This document shows, piece by piece, positions 1-8,917 of a DNA stretch of 64,000 nucleotides. Position numbers and translations under genes: made by a program. Source of the DNA: an uncultured Erysipelotrichaceae bacterium (GTDB lineage: Bacteria > Bacillota_I > Bacilli_A > RFN20 > CAG-826); assembly GCA_902797795.1 (NCBI GenBank), contig CADBUF010000012.1, positions 232 through 64,231 on the forward strand, given 5' to 3'. Under the pieces are notes generated by a model that was not told the origin of the DNA, ran no database searches, and worked only from the letters and a program-made list of their open reading frames with translations. How positions within the stretch are numbered: position 1 is the first letter of the stretch; every line of letters begins with the position of its first letter.

Positions 1-564
1 TAAAAGTTCAAATTGGGCTAAAGTTCTATTCTTTGGATCTTTTTTGAGCTCATATGTTCTTTCAAGGGTAAGAATGACATCACTTTCACTACCTGGAGTT
101 AAATCGAGTTTTGCTCCATATTTTTGAATTCTTTGATATCTTTCTTTGGACATATTATCTGGCATAATGACAATCGCGTCATATTTCATTAAGTTAGTGA
201 TGTAAGAAACACCAATACCAAAGTTACCAGTACTTGGTCCTAAAATTGTGTGTTTGCCTGGGATGATTTCTTTATCAACACAACCTTCGATTAAAGTTGA
301 GTAGGCTGGTCCCACTTTGTGGGAGCCACTTGGGAAATATTTACCAAGTAAAACAACGATATTTGCATCAACTCCAGTAATTTCTTTTGGAAGAATAATC
401 TTATTAACTTCATTCTTTTCATTTTTCCAAGTGATATTGAATAAGTTAATTGGATCAAGTTCATTTTCATTTTTAGCTTTAAGAGCAGCTTTTCTTACTT
501 CTGGATCTTGATGATTTGGGTTCAACATTTCATCATATGTTGGACCAAATGGGATTTTTGACAT
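1..564 (-). CDS. PLP-dependent fold-II enzyme (cysteine synthase / TrpB-like family), N-terminal part; gene continues beyond window start
   Basis: Reverse-strand translation from ATG at 564-562: MSKIPFGPTYDEML...FPSGSHKVGPAY...GPSTGNFGIGVSY...PDNMSKERYQRIQKYGAKLDLTPG. Lys-containing PLP motif and Gly-rich loop typical of the beta-family. No stop before window edge. Confidence 0.5.
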   Translation of the reverse strand, partial: MSKIPFGPTYDEMLNPNHQDPEVRKAALKAKNENELDPINLFNITWKNEKNEVNKIILPKEITGVDANIVVLLGKYFPSGSHKVGPAYSTLIEGCVDKEIIPGKHTILGPSTGNFGIGVSYITNLMKYDAIVIMPDNMSKERYQRIQKYGAKLDLTPGSESDVILTLERTYELKKDPKNRTLAQFELL

Positions 565-567
565 ATT

Positions 568-1815
568 TTAAATTACTCCTTTTTCTTTTAAATAAATGTC
601 TAATTTTTTCATGTTTGGCTCCATGATTTCTGGTTTGACAATTGCCTTTTGAGCGTTGTTTGGATCTTTTAGTCCGTTACCAGTGATGATGACAGTGACA
701 CTTTCATCTTTACTAATAACTCCTTCTAATAGAGCCTTCTTTAATCCAGCAACAGAGGCTACTGCCGCTGGTTCGCCAAATATTCCTTCAGTTCTTCCAA
801 GTAATGACATAGCCTTTAATATGTCTTCATCTGGAACACTGATCCACGCGCCTTTAGAGTTTTCAATAGCTCTAAGAGCTTTAAGTGGATTACGAGGAAT
901 ACCTACGGCAATTGAATCAGCTAATGTGTTTTCTTCCGCTTCTTCTAGTGGCTTATGATTTCTACTAGCAATAACGAATGGTTCACATCCTTCTGATTGT
1001 ACCCCTAGAATTCGAGGAACCTTTTCAATTAGGCCCAACTTATATAATTCTAAGAAGCCTTTATAAACACCTCCAACTGTGCAGCCATCTCCTACTGAGA
1101 CCACTACCCAATCAGTGGGTTTAAAATTAAGTTGTTCTGCAATTTCTAAGGAAACAGTTTTCTTTCCTTCCACCATGTATGGGTTAATTGCAGCGTTACG
1201 GTTATACCAACCGTATTTGCTAATCGCCTCTTTTGATAAGCTGAAGGCAGCTTTATAATCACCATCAACAATCACAAGAGTTGCTCCATATAAGGAGATT
1301 TGTGTAAGTTTTCCTATTGGCGCACGTTTAGGAACAAATATTACAGCGGGTAAACCCATATGGGCAGCGTGACAAGCGCAACTACTAGCAGCGTTACCTG
1401 TAGAAGAACAGGCGATAACTTTAGCGCCACTTTCAATTGCTTTCAGTACCGCTACTCCACTAGCCCTATCTTTACTACTACCGCTTGGATTAAGTCCATC
1501 ATCTTTGATGTATAACTCTTTAAGTCCAAGCTCTTTAGCAAGATTATGACTCTTATTTAATGGAGTCCATCCAATTCTTAGCATCTCATCGATATGACTT
1601 TCTTCAATTCCCATCATTGGGGCGTATCTCCACATCGAATAATTCTTATTGTTTTGGAAATATTCTTTGGTGAGGACTTTCTTTAAAGCATCATAATCAT
1701 ATTCGACGTCTAAGATTCCTTTTTCTCCGCATACTGGACAAGTAAGTTCAGCTTCGCCAGGAGCGAAGAATTTGCCACATACTGTGCACCTATAACCACG
1801 TATGTATTTACTCAT
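568..1815 (-). CDS. threonine synthase-like PLP enzyme (ThrC family) with N-terminal Cys4 zinc ribbon
   Basis: 415 aa. N-terminal CxxC...CxxC (YRCTVCGK...CPVCGEKG). SSKDRASGV PLP-lysine motif and glycine-rich loops of fold-type II. 8-nt overlap with upstream gene. Confidence 0.6.
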   Translation of the reverse strand: MSKYIRGYRCTVCGKFFAPGEAELTCPVCGEKGILDVEYDYDALKKVLTKEYFQNNKNYSMWRYAPMMGIEESHIDEMLRIGWTPLNKSHNLAKELGLKELYIKDDGLNPSGSSKDRASGVAVLKAIESGAKVIACSSTGNAASSCACHAAHMGLPAVIFVPKRAPIGKLTQISLYGATLVIVDGDYKAAFSLSKEAISKYGWYNRNAAINPYMVEGKKTVSLEIAEQLNFKPTDWVVVSVGDGCTVGGVYKGFLELYKLGLIEKVPRILGVQSEGCEPFVIASRNHKPLEEAEENTLADSIAVGIPRNPLKALRAIENSKGAWISVPDEDILKAMSLLGRTEGIFGEPAAVASVAGLKKALLEGVISKDESVTVIITGNGLKDPNNAQKAIVKPEIMEPNMKKLDIYLKEKGVI

Positions 1816-2659
1816 TGATACCTCCTTCTTTTATATCCATAACGAACTTTTTAAGAAGATTCATCGCCACTTTATGACGATATTCTTTATTACTTCGTTG
1901 ATCAGTTATTGGAGTCACTAATGGAGCGTAGTCATTAATTACTTCATTAATATCAAGTTCGTTAATATTTCTACCAATGTATTTATTTTCAATTTCACGG
2001 TTTCTAACAGTTTTAATCGCAACTGAGCCAAAAGAGACACGGAAATCTTTAATAACTTTATTTTCAATTTTTACACCACCAAGGAAACTAACTTTGGTAA
2101 TGCTTTCAGCTTTACGAGAACCAACTTTGCGATAAAAATAACTGAGTTCTTGCGGCTTTAGGACAATTTCAGAAATGAGTTCATTCTTTTCTCTATGGAT
2201 TTTTCTTACCCCATAGACGAATTCATCGACTTTCATTTTTCTTTCTCCATTAGCACTAGTAAGGACGACTTCAGCGTCATTAAGAACAAGTGGCACTAAA
2301 GTGTCTCCAGCAGGAGATGCATTAGCGATATTGCCACTTATAGTTGCCATATTTCTAATGTTAGGAGAGGCAATCTCTTTGATTACTCTTTTATATATAT
2401 TAGGAATTAAAGGAGAATTTTCTATTTCTACATATCTAGTTGACGCACCGATATGAATCCCTTCCTCATCTTTTTTAATATAATCGAGTTCTTTCAAGTT
2501 ATTGATATATAAAACATCTTTATCAAATTTTGGTAATAAGCCAGTACTTACATGTTTTTGCACCATTAAATCAGTGCCACCATTCATAATGTAACAATCA
2601 TGTTTATTAAGAATTGTAAGAGCTTCTTTTAAATTTTTAGGAACGAAATGATTAATCAT
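1808..2659 (-). CDS. molybdopterin dehydrogenase FAD-binding subunit (xanthine dehydrogenase family, medium subunit)
   Basis: 283 aa. Size, position directly downstream of 2Fe-2S and Mo subunits with 4-nt overlaps, and GG-rich FAD-binding N-terminus (YIMNGGTDLMV). Confidence 0.75.
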   Translation of the reverse strand: MINHFVPKNLKEALTILNKHDCYIMNGGTDLMVQKHVSTGLLPKFDKDVLYINNLKELDYIKKDEEGIHIGASTRYVEIENSPLIPNIYKRVIKEIASPNIRNMATISGNIANASPAGDTLVPLVLNDAEVVLTSANGERKMKVDEFVYGVRKIHREKNELISEIVLKPQELSYFYRKVGSRKAESITKVSFLGGVKIENKVIKDFRVSFGSVAIKTVRNREIENKYIGRNINELDINEVINDYAPLVTPITDQRSNKEYRHKVAMNLLKKFVMDIKEGGINE

Positions 2660-3123
2660 AATTCAATTCCTTTCTTTGCAGCTAACATCACCGCGTCAAC
2701 AATTGCTTGATAACCTGTGCAACGGCATAAATTACCACTTAGGGCTAGTCTAGCTTCTTCTTCACTTGGATGAGGATTCTTCTTAAGTACAGCGTAAGTA
2801 GCAAGTATCATACCAGGTGTACAGAATCCACATTGGCTTCCACCTTGAGAAGCAAAGGCATCAGCAATAATGCGATATGATTTAGTTTCTCTAAATCCTT
2901 CAATTGTCATAACTTCTTTATTAGCGACATTTATAATAGGAGTAAGACAAGAATTATATGGTTCATCATTCACTAAAACAGTGCACGCTCCACATTCTCC
3001 TTCTCCACATCCTTCTTTTGTGCCGGTCAAACCCAAAACATCGCGAACTACATCAAGTAAACGCATCGATGGAGAAACATCAACTTCAACATTCTTTTTG
3101 TTTAAAATAAAACTAATCTTCAT
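2656..3123 (-). CDS. [2Fe-2S] iron-sulfur small subunit of molybdenum hydroxylase
   Basis: 155 aa. CGEGECGACTV plant-ferredoxin-type motif plus second cluster motif CGFCTPG...CRCTGY. Confidence 0.85.
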   Translation of the reverse strand: MKISFILNKKNVEVDVSPSMRLLDVVRDVLGLTGTKEGCGEGECGACTVLVNDEPYNSCLTPIINVANKEVMTIEGFRETKSYRIIADAFASQGGSQCGFCTPGMILATYAVLKKNPHPSEEEARLALSGNLCRCTGYQAIVDAVMLAAKKGIEL

Positions 3124-5209
3124 TTTCTAAAATCTCCATGATGTATTCTGGTGTTGCTGGAATCTTATGGACTTTGTGTTTAATTGCTTGCTCTAACGCA
3201 ATTGCAAAAGCCGGAGCGCCACCAGCAAAAGTTAATTCACCAGCCCCTTTGGCACCAAATGCTCCATAAGGGAATGGGTTATCAATTAAAGCAGTCTCCA
3301 TTTTTGGAAGATCGACCATTGTTGGAATCACATAGTCAGATAATGTTTTTTGCTTAAACATTCCGTTTTCTGCTTCTTCTTTTTCTAGATATGCCCATCC
3401 TAAAGCTTGAGCAAGCCCACCATCGGCTTGACCCATTAAAATTCTTTCATCAATTGCGTGTCCAACGTCATAAGTTGACCAGCAACCTTCAATATTTACT
3501 TCATAAGTTAGTGGGTCAAATGACACTTCAACAACATTTACTCCCCAAGCATAACCAGGATAAGCATCTCCTTGCATGGTGTCTTCATCCCACTTAATGA
3601 AATCTGGTCCCACATATGGTTCAACAATTTCTTGTTCTTCACCGTCTTTCCAGATTTCTTTAAGATGACGCGCTGCTTTAGCAGCTAATCCACCAACAAT
3701 AATAATTGTTCTGCTAGCAGCAGTTGGTCCGGTTGATAAAGTAATATCAGTATCAGGAGCGTCATAAATAACGTGATCTTCAGGAATACCTAAAGTATCA
3801 ACAACGATACGTTTAAGGGTAGTTCTATTACCTTGTCCAAAATCAACTTGTGATGTATAGAAGGTAACGATATCATTTTTATCTTTCTTAATTTTAAGTT
3901 GAGCGTTAATAATCGTACTTTCTCCACTTCCTGTAAAGCCACATCCATGTAGGAAAGTAGACATACCAATACCACGATTACTTCCAGGTTTAGAATATTC
4001 GGCAAGTTTACGTTTGTAATCACTCATCTCCATCGCTTTATCCATTAATTCTTTAAGAATAATTGGGTCGCGATAAATTCCGTTTGTAGGAGTAATATCA
4101 CCAGTTTTAACTAAATATTTATTACGTAAATCTAATGGTTTTACATGTAGGAAGTCCGCTAAATGGTTGATAAATAGTTCCATCGCAAAGATTGATTGAG
4201 GGGATCCAAATCCTCTAAAAGCAGCACTAGGAACTTTGTTTGTACAATATGCATCACCAATAACATGAACATTTTCGAATGTATATGTATTGTTACACGC
4301 GATTAAAGCGCGTGAAAGAACAACCATAGAACAGCCAACGTAGGCTCCTCCATCAATACCGACATGAATTTTAACTCCAAGGATATTGTCCTTTTCATCT
4401 AAGTAAGCAGTAATCTCCGTTTTACTTGGATGACGTTTGGTGGTAAAAGTAATATCTTCTTTACGATCAAAAATCATCTTCAAAGGTTTTTTTATCTTAA
4501 CAATTGCAATTGCAAGTTGAGCGGCCATTAAGGATGGATAATGTTCTTTACCTCCAAATGCTCCTCCAACTGCAGGTTGAATTACTCTAACTTTATCTTC
4601 AGAGCAATTTAAAACTCTAACAACAGCCTTCTTGATGTAGAAAGGACATTGCATTGATGCTTTAATGGTGATTTTTTCACCATCAAGATACATAAGCATC
4701 GCTTGTGGTTCTAAATAAATTTGTTCTTGATAGCCAGTTGAGAACGATTCAGAGAAAGTCTTTTTAGCGTTAGCGAAAACTTTATCTGGATTACCTTTTT
4801 TAAATTCTTTATGAACATAGGAATTCACCATTTCAAAGACTGGTTCAAATTCCTTATGTTCACACTCAACTAACGCAGCTAATTCCAAACATTTTTCTTT
4901 ATTTGGTCCGACGATTATACCAATGGTCTCGCCTTTATAGTGGACTTCTTTATCTGCGAAAACAGGCCAATCGGAAGCAATGATATTACAAACATTTTCT
5001 CCAGGAATATCTTTTGCAGAAATAAAGCTATAATCCTTAGGTAAATTAGGAACATTAATTTTTAATAATTTTCCATAAGAAATAGAAGATCTAACTGGAA
5101 TAGCAAAATAAGCATCATCCATTTTGATGTCACCAGTAAAGATTGCCATTCCTGACATCTTTTCTTCGTTATCTACTTTTTTAACTGAATCTTTATATTG
5201 ATGAATCAT
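3113..5209 (-). CDS. molybdopterin-binding large subunit, xanthine dehydrogenase / aldehyde oxidase family (enzyme 2)
   Basis: 698 aa. GGAFGGKE and other conserved Mo-hydroxylase motifs. Operonic with the 2Fe-2S and FAD subunits. Confidence 0.85.
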   Translation of the reverse strand: MIHQYKDSVKKVDNEEKMSGMAIFTGDIKMDDAYFAIPVRSSISYGKLLKINVPNLPKDYSFISAKDIPGENVCNIIASDWPVFADKEVHYKGETIGIIVGPNKEKCLELAALVECEHKEFEPVFEMVNSYVHKEFKKGNPDKVFANAKKTFSESFSTGYQEQIYLEPQAMLMYLDGEKITIKASMQCPFYIKKAVVRVLNCSEDKVRVIQPAVGGAFGGKEHYPSLMAAQLAIAIVKIKKPLKMIFDRKEDITFTTKRHPSKTEITAYLDEKDNILGVKIHVGIDGGAYVGCSMVVLSRALIACNNTYTFENVHVIGDAYCTNKVPSAAFRGFGSPQSIFAMELFINHLADFLHVKPLDLRNKYLVKTGDITPTNGIYRDPIILKELMDKAMEMSDYKRKLAEYSKPGSNRGIGMSTFLHGCGFTGSGESTIINAQLKIKKDKNDIVTFYTSQVDFGQGNRTTLKRIVVDTLGIPEDHVIYDAPDTDITLSTGPTAASRTIIIVGGLAAKAARHLKEIWKDGEEQEIVEPYVGPDFIKWDEDTMQGDAYPGYAWGVNVVEVSFDPLTYEVNIEGCWSTYDVGHAIDERILMGQADGGLAQALGWAYLEKEEAENGMFKQKTLSDYVIPTMVDLPKMETALIDNPFPYGAFGAKGAGELTFAGGAPAFAIALEQAIKHKVHKIPATPEYIMEILENED

Positions 5210-5211
5210 AA

Positions 5212-6303
5212 TTATTTGAAAAATTTAATCGCCTTAGTTGGACATTTAGAAGCACATAATCCGCATCTAAAGCATTTAGAAGCATCAAATTCAGGAACTT
5301 TTTGTTCATTTAATTTGATAGCGAAATATGGGCAATTTCTTTCGCACATTCCACAATGTGAGCATTTAGAGGAATCAACACTTGGCATTTCATGTTCATA
5401 TTCAACATCATTTTTAAGTTGTGTATCAATGACTTCTTGAATAGAGGAGAATCCATATTTTTCTAATTCTTTAGGAAGATCAGCAATGACTTTTGCGTAT
5501 AATTCTTTTCCTCTTAACATAGGAGCAGAAAGCATTCCTACTGCACTAGCGCCCGCTAAAAGGAATTCAATAACATCTTTAGCAGAAGCTACTCCACCAA
5601 CACCAATAACAGTTAATGATGGTTCGGCTTGTTTGATTGTGTAAACAGTGGCTAAAGCAAGTGGTTTAACAACTGGTCCGCTCATCCAAACAAAACCTTT
5701 GTCATTAGAGCAAAGCATTTTACGATGTTCAACGTCGATAACCATGCTTGGTCCAAGCGAGTTAATAGCAACAACACCATTAGCGCCATTCTCTTTGATG
5801 ATATGAGCAAATCCAGCAGGATCAGGAATATGTGGTGAAATCTTCATATAGAAGGGTTTCTTTGTATGTTTTCTAATGGTTCTAACAGTTTCAGCAACTT
5901 TGGCGTGGTCAGTACCAACATAGTGACAACTCACTTCAAAGGCATCAGCAAATTCATCTAATAGAGGAATAAGCTCTTCCATATCCTCTTTGGTATAACC
6001 AACAGAAATAATTAAAGGAGTGTCTCCCTTTTTAGCTTTAAGTTCTGGAAGGAATTCATTAATCCATTTTTCTTTTGGGTATTCTGTCCAGAGCTCACAG
6101 TTAAAAATCTTATCCATCCCTTCACCAACAATACATGGATGAGGAATGTGAGCATCTTTAGTGGAAATGGTTTTAGCAACTAAAGCACCTAAACCTTGAT
6201 CTTTGAGCCACAGCATTTTGTCTGCATCACCAACAAGTGGTCCTGCTGCTGGCATGAGGGGATTTTTGAGAACTAGTCCATCAAATTTTGTACTTAAATC
6301 CAT
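5212..6303 (-). CDS. dihydroorotate/dihydropyrimidine dehydrogenase-like flavoprotein (PreA family) with C-terminal 2x[4Fe-4S] ferredoxin domain
   Basis: 363 aa. DHOD-like TIM-barrel flavoprotein sequence. C-terminal CSHCGMCERNCP...CFRCGLCASKCP twin CxxCxxCxxxCP motifs. Confidence 0.7.
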   Translation of the reverse strand: MDLSTKFDGLVLKNPLMPAAGPLVGDADKMLWLKDQGLGALVAKTISTKDAHIPHPCIVGEGMDKIFNCELWTEYPKEKWINEFLPELKAKKGDTPLIISVGYTKEDMEELIPLLDEFADAFEVSCHYVGTDHAKVAETVRTIRKHTKKPFYMKISPHIPDPAGFAHIIKENGANGVVAINSLGPSMVIDVEHRKMLCSNDKGFVWMSGPVVKPLALATVYTIKQAEPSLTVIGVGGVASAKDVIEFLLAGASAVGMLSAPMLRGKELYAKVIADLPKELEKYGFSSIQEVIDTQLKNDVEYEHEMPSVDSSKCSHCGMCERNCPYFAIKLNEQKVPEFDASKCFRCGLCASKCPTKAIKFFK

Positions 6304-6306
6304 TGA

Positions 6307-7605
6307 TTATTTCTCCTTAACTTTGTTCCAAAGTTCTTTACTGTATTTTCTAGATTCGATTAATTCGTTTTTAAGTTTTTTAGAAGTCAACTCTTGATTA
6401 TGAACAACTCTTAAACCATCAACATAAACATCAACTGGTTTGAAATTTGGAAATAACCCAAAGAATAAATGGCCAAATGCATTAGATTTATTCATTTCAG
6501 TAAATGGAGTGTAATTAACAAGCATAAAATCACTCACAAAAGACTTCTTGATTTTACCAATGCGAATGCCTAATCTATCACTTACATATTTATAAGCATT
6601 ATTTATTATATCAATAATGGTACCTAAATTCATAGCAGTAGGATTAGAATTTTTTAAGTGAGTTAAATAATAGGCATTTAAATATTCTGTTGCCATTGAA
6701 CTACTTAGGCCATCATTGCCAATCATTACTGGTATATTTTTTGACAAATAATTGTTTATATCGGGGATGCCAACCGCGTTATTGAGATTGCTAGTTGTGT
6801 TAACAACCATATACGCGCCACGTTTTTTAACAATATCTAACTCTTCATCTTTAATATGCACGCCATGAACTATTAACGAATCTTTATTAATAAGATGATA
6901 TTTATCTAATCTTTCGATGATGTTCATATTATATTTTTGTTCACAATCTGCTTCATCCATAGCGCTTTCAGCAACATGAATATGAATTGGTACATCTTTC
7001 AATTTCTTAGAGATTAGTTTGTATGATTCGTTGCTTAAAGACATCGAAGCATGCATACCAAATAAGCCTGCGACATGCTCATTATGATTGCGAGCGGCAA
7101 AAGATGTGTTTTCCTTAATACAATCTTTAATTGGGAAACGATCACTAGTTTCAAAGCAGAGAATCGCTCTTAGGTGTCCAACATTGACCAGTGATTTCTT
7201 CAACTCATTTAAAGAACCAATAATGTCTGTTCCACTGGCGTGATGGTCAATAACAGTGGTCACACCATTGAGAAGGAATTCACTGCCAGCAGCAATACCA
7301 GAATAATAAGTAATTTTGTTATCAATCTTGCTATCCAGTTTCCACCACATTTGATCAAGGATCTCTTGGAAATTATGTGGATTAAATGGTAAAGCTAGTC
7401 CTCTTGCAAATATGGAATAGATATGTGAGTGAGCACAAACAAAGTTAGGAAGAAGCATTTTGCCCTTTCCATCAATAATTTGATATCCATTATTTTTGAA
7501 ATTAGACATTTGACCTACATCAACGATTGTTTTATCAAAAATGACATAGCCATTTTCAATATAATTTTCATAATCATAGATGCGTACATTGATTAAAGCC
7601 TTCAT
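6307..7605 (-). CDS. ssnA: SsnA-like aminohydrolase / chlorohydrolase-family amidohydrolase
   Basis: 432 aa. HxH metal motif (CAHSHIYS), amidohydrolase superfamily. Context with Mo hydroxylases as in ygeW-ygfM-type clusters. Confidence 0.6.
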   Translation of the reverse strand: MKALINVRIYDYENYIENGYVIFDKTIVDVGQMSNFKNNGYQIIDGKGKMLLPNFVCAHSHIYSIFARGLALPFNPHNFQEILDQMWWKLDSKIDNKITYYSGIAAGSEFLLNGVTTVIDHHASGTDIIGSLNELKKSLVNVGHLRAILCFETSDRFPIKDCIKENTSFAARNHNEHVAGLFGMHASMSLSNESYKLISKKLKDVPIHIHVAESAMDEADCEQKYNMNIIERLDKYHLINKDSLIVHGVHIKDEELDIVKKRGAYMVVNTTSNLNNAVGIPDINNYLSKNIPVMIGNDGLSSSMATEYLNAYYLTHLKNSNPTAMNLGTIIDIINNAYKYVSDRLGIRIGKIKKSFVSDFMLVNYTPFTEMNKSNAFGHLFFGLFPNFKPVDVYVDGLRVVHNQELTSKKLKNELIESRKYSKELWNKVKEK

Positions 7606-7608
7606 TTT

Positions 7609-8916
7609 TTATTCTCCTTCTTTGCAATTTATGAGACACCCTTTTCTTGGGAAAAATTTACCATCTTTGAGAACGAATTTTCCTCTTATAATTGTGCTTT
7701 CAACGGTGATATTAACAAGCATGTTCTCATATATTGAATAATCAACAGACCCATGTGGTTTTCCAATGGTTTGATTACGTCCAGAAATAATTGCAAAATC
7801 TGCAAAATTTCCAACTTTTATTTCACCTTTTCCGGCAAATCTCTCTAATTTTGCAACATTTTTGCTCATCTTATCAATTACCTTATCGCCAAAGATTTTG
7901 TGCATAACAACAAAGCTAGTTTCAATTCCACCAACACCTAATGGCATGCCTTTGAGATAGACATGACTCTTCTTATCTTCTATATTAAATGCGCAATGAT
8001 CTGTACCAATTGTAGAAACATAATCAATGCAGTCGATAAGTAGTTTTCTCTCAGATTCAGAACGAAGTGGAGGAGCAAAGGTAAATAAATAACCATTTTT
8101 ACCCTTCAATACATTATTGTTAAACACAAAATATTGTGGACAAGATTCAATAAATATATTAATTCCAAGGTTTTCACCATATTGATCATATATTTTCTTA
8201 AGCGTATCACCACTCGAGCAGTGGACCATGTATAAATAGCCACCTGTCTGTTTAGCAAATTTGCATAATTTCAATGCTTCTGAGGACTCAGCATAAGAGC
8301 TTCTAGCCTCAGAAAGTTCCATATAAGTCAATCGCTCATCACGATTAATCAAATCATCGTTTTCAATGTGAGCGCAAACCATGAAATTATATTTTTTGGA
8401 TAATCTTAATAATTTCTTAATATCCCTATCATATGTACGACGATGAGTTTCAGAATAAGTAGTAAATAATTTGATGGTGTTCATGCCAAGTTTTTTCATC
8501 ATTAATACATATTCTTCTAAATCACCATTAGGCTCGCGTATACACGCATGAAAATGGTAATCGCAATTACAGTTTTTCGCTTTTGCCAATCTTTCAAAGA
8601 AAGATTTCTTAAGTTCTTCAGCGTTTCTTGTAGGGTCCAAGAAATCTACGATGGTTGTAACTCCACCATAAATGGCGCTCTTTGAACCGTAATAAAAATC
8701 ATCTCTACTAGGAATAGTACCACAGAACAAATCAAAATGAACATGAGGGTCAATTAATCCAGGAATGACTTTTTTGTTCTTAGCATCAACCGTTTCTAAG
8801 GATTTGAAAACAGTTTTGCCTAAATAGACTATCTTTCCATTTCTGACTCCTATGTTAAGACGTTTAAAAACGCCTTCATGATAAACTAGACCATTCTTAA
8901 TAAAGAGATCAAACAT
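7609..8916 (-). CDS. cyclic amidohydrolase (dihydropyrimidinase / D-hydantoinase-like)
   Basis: 435 aa. IDPHVHFD metal-binding motif near the N-terminus, amidohydrolase fold. Paralogous to the 55768-57147 gene. Confidence 0.65.
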   Translation of the reverse strand: MFDLFIKNGLVYHEGVFKRLNIGVRNGKIVYLGKTVFKSLETVDAKNKKVIPGLIDPHVHFDLFCGTIPSRDDFYYGSKSAIYGGVTTIVDFLDPTRNAEELKKSFFERLAKAKNCNCDYHFHACIREPNGDLEEYVLMMKKLGMNTIKLFTTYSETHRRTYDRDIKKLLRLSKKYNFMVCAHIENDDLINRDERLTYMELSEARSSYAESSEALKLCKFAKQTGGYLYMVHCSSGDTLKKIYDQYGENLGINIFIESCPQYFVFNNNVLKGKNGYLFTFAPPLRSESERKLLIDCIDYVSTIGTDHCAFNIEDKKSHVYLKGMPLGVGGIETSFVVMHKIFGDKVIDKMSKNVAKLERFAGKGEIKVGNFADFAIISGRNQTIGKPHGSVDYSIYENMLVNITVESTIIRGKFVLKDGKFFPRKGCLINCKEGE

Positions 8917-8917
8917 A

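Noticed and set aside
656-958. Plus-strand ORFs of 60-170 aa embedded in minus-strand genes (e.g. 656-958, 2870-3130, 9780-10100, 16469-16783, 60514-61023)
   Set aside because: Fully overlapped by long, motif-rich genes on the other strand. Low-complexity translations (Ser/Leu/Phe-rich) typical of antisense shadow ORFs in AT-rich genomes. No RBS.
5212-6303. Annotating the 363-aa flavoprotein as biosynthetic dihydroorotate dehydrogenase PyrD
   Set aside because: Its C-terminal twin 4Fe-4S ferredoxin domain and its position inside a catabolic Mo-hydroxylase operon fit a PreA/dihydropyrimidine-dehydrogenase-like role better.
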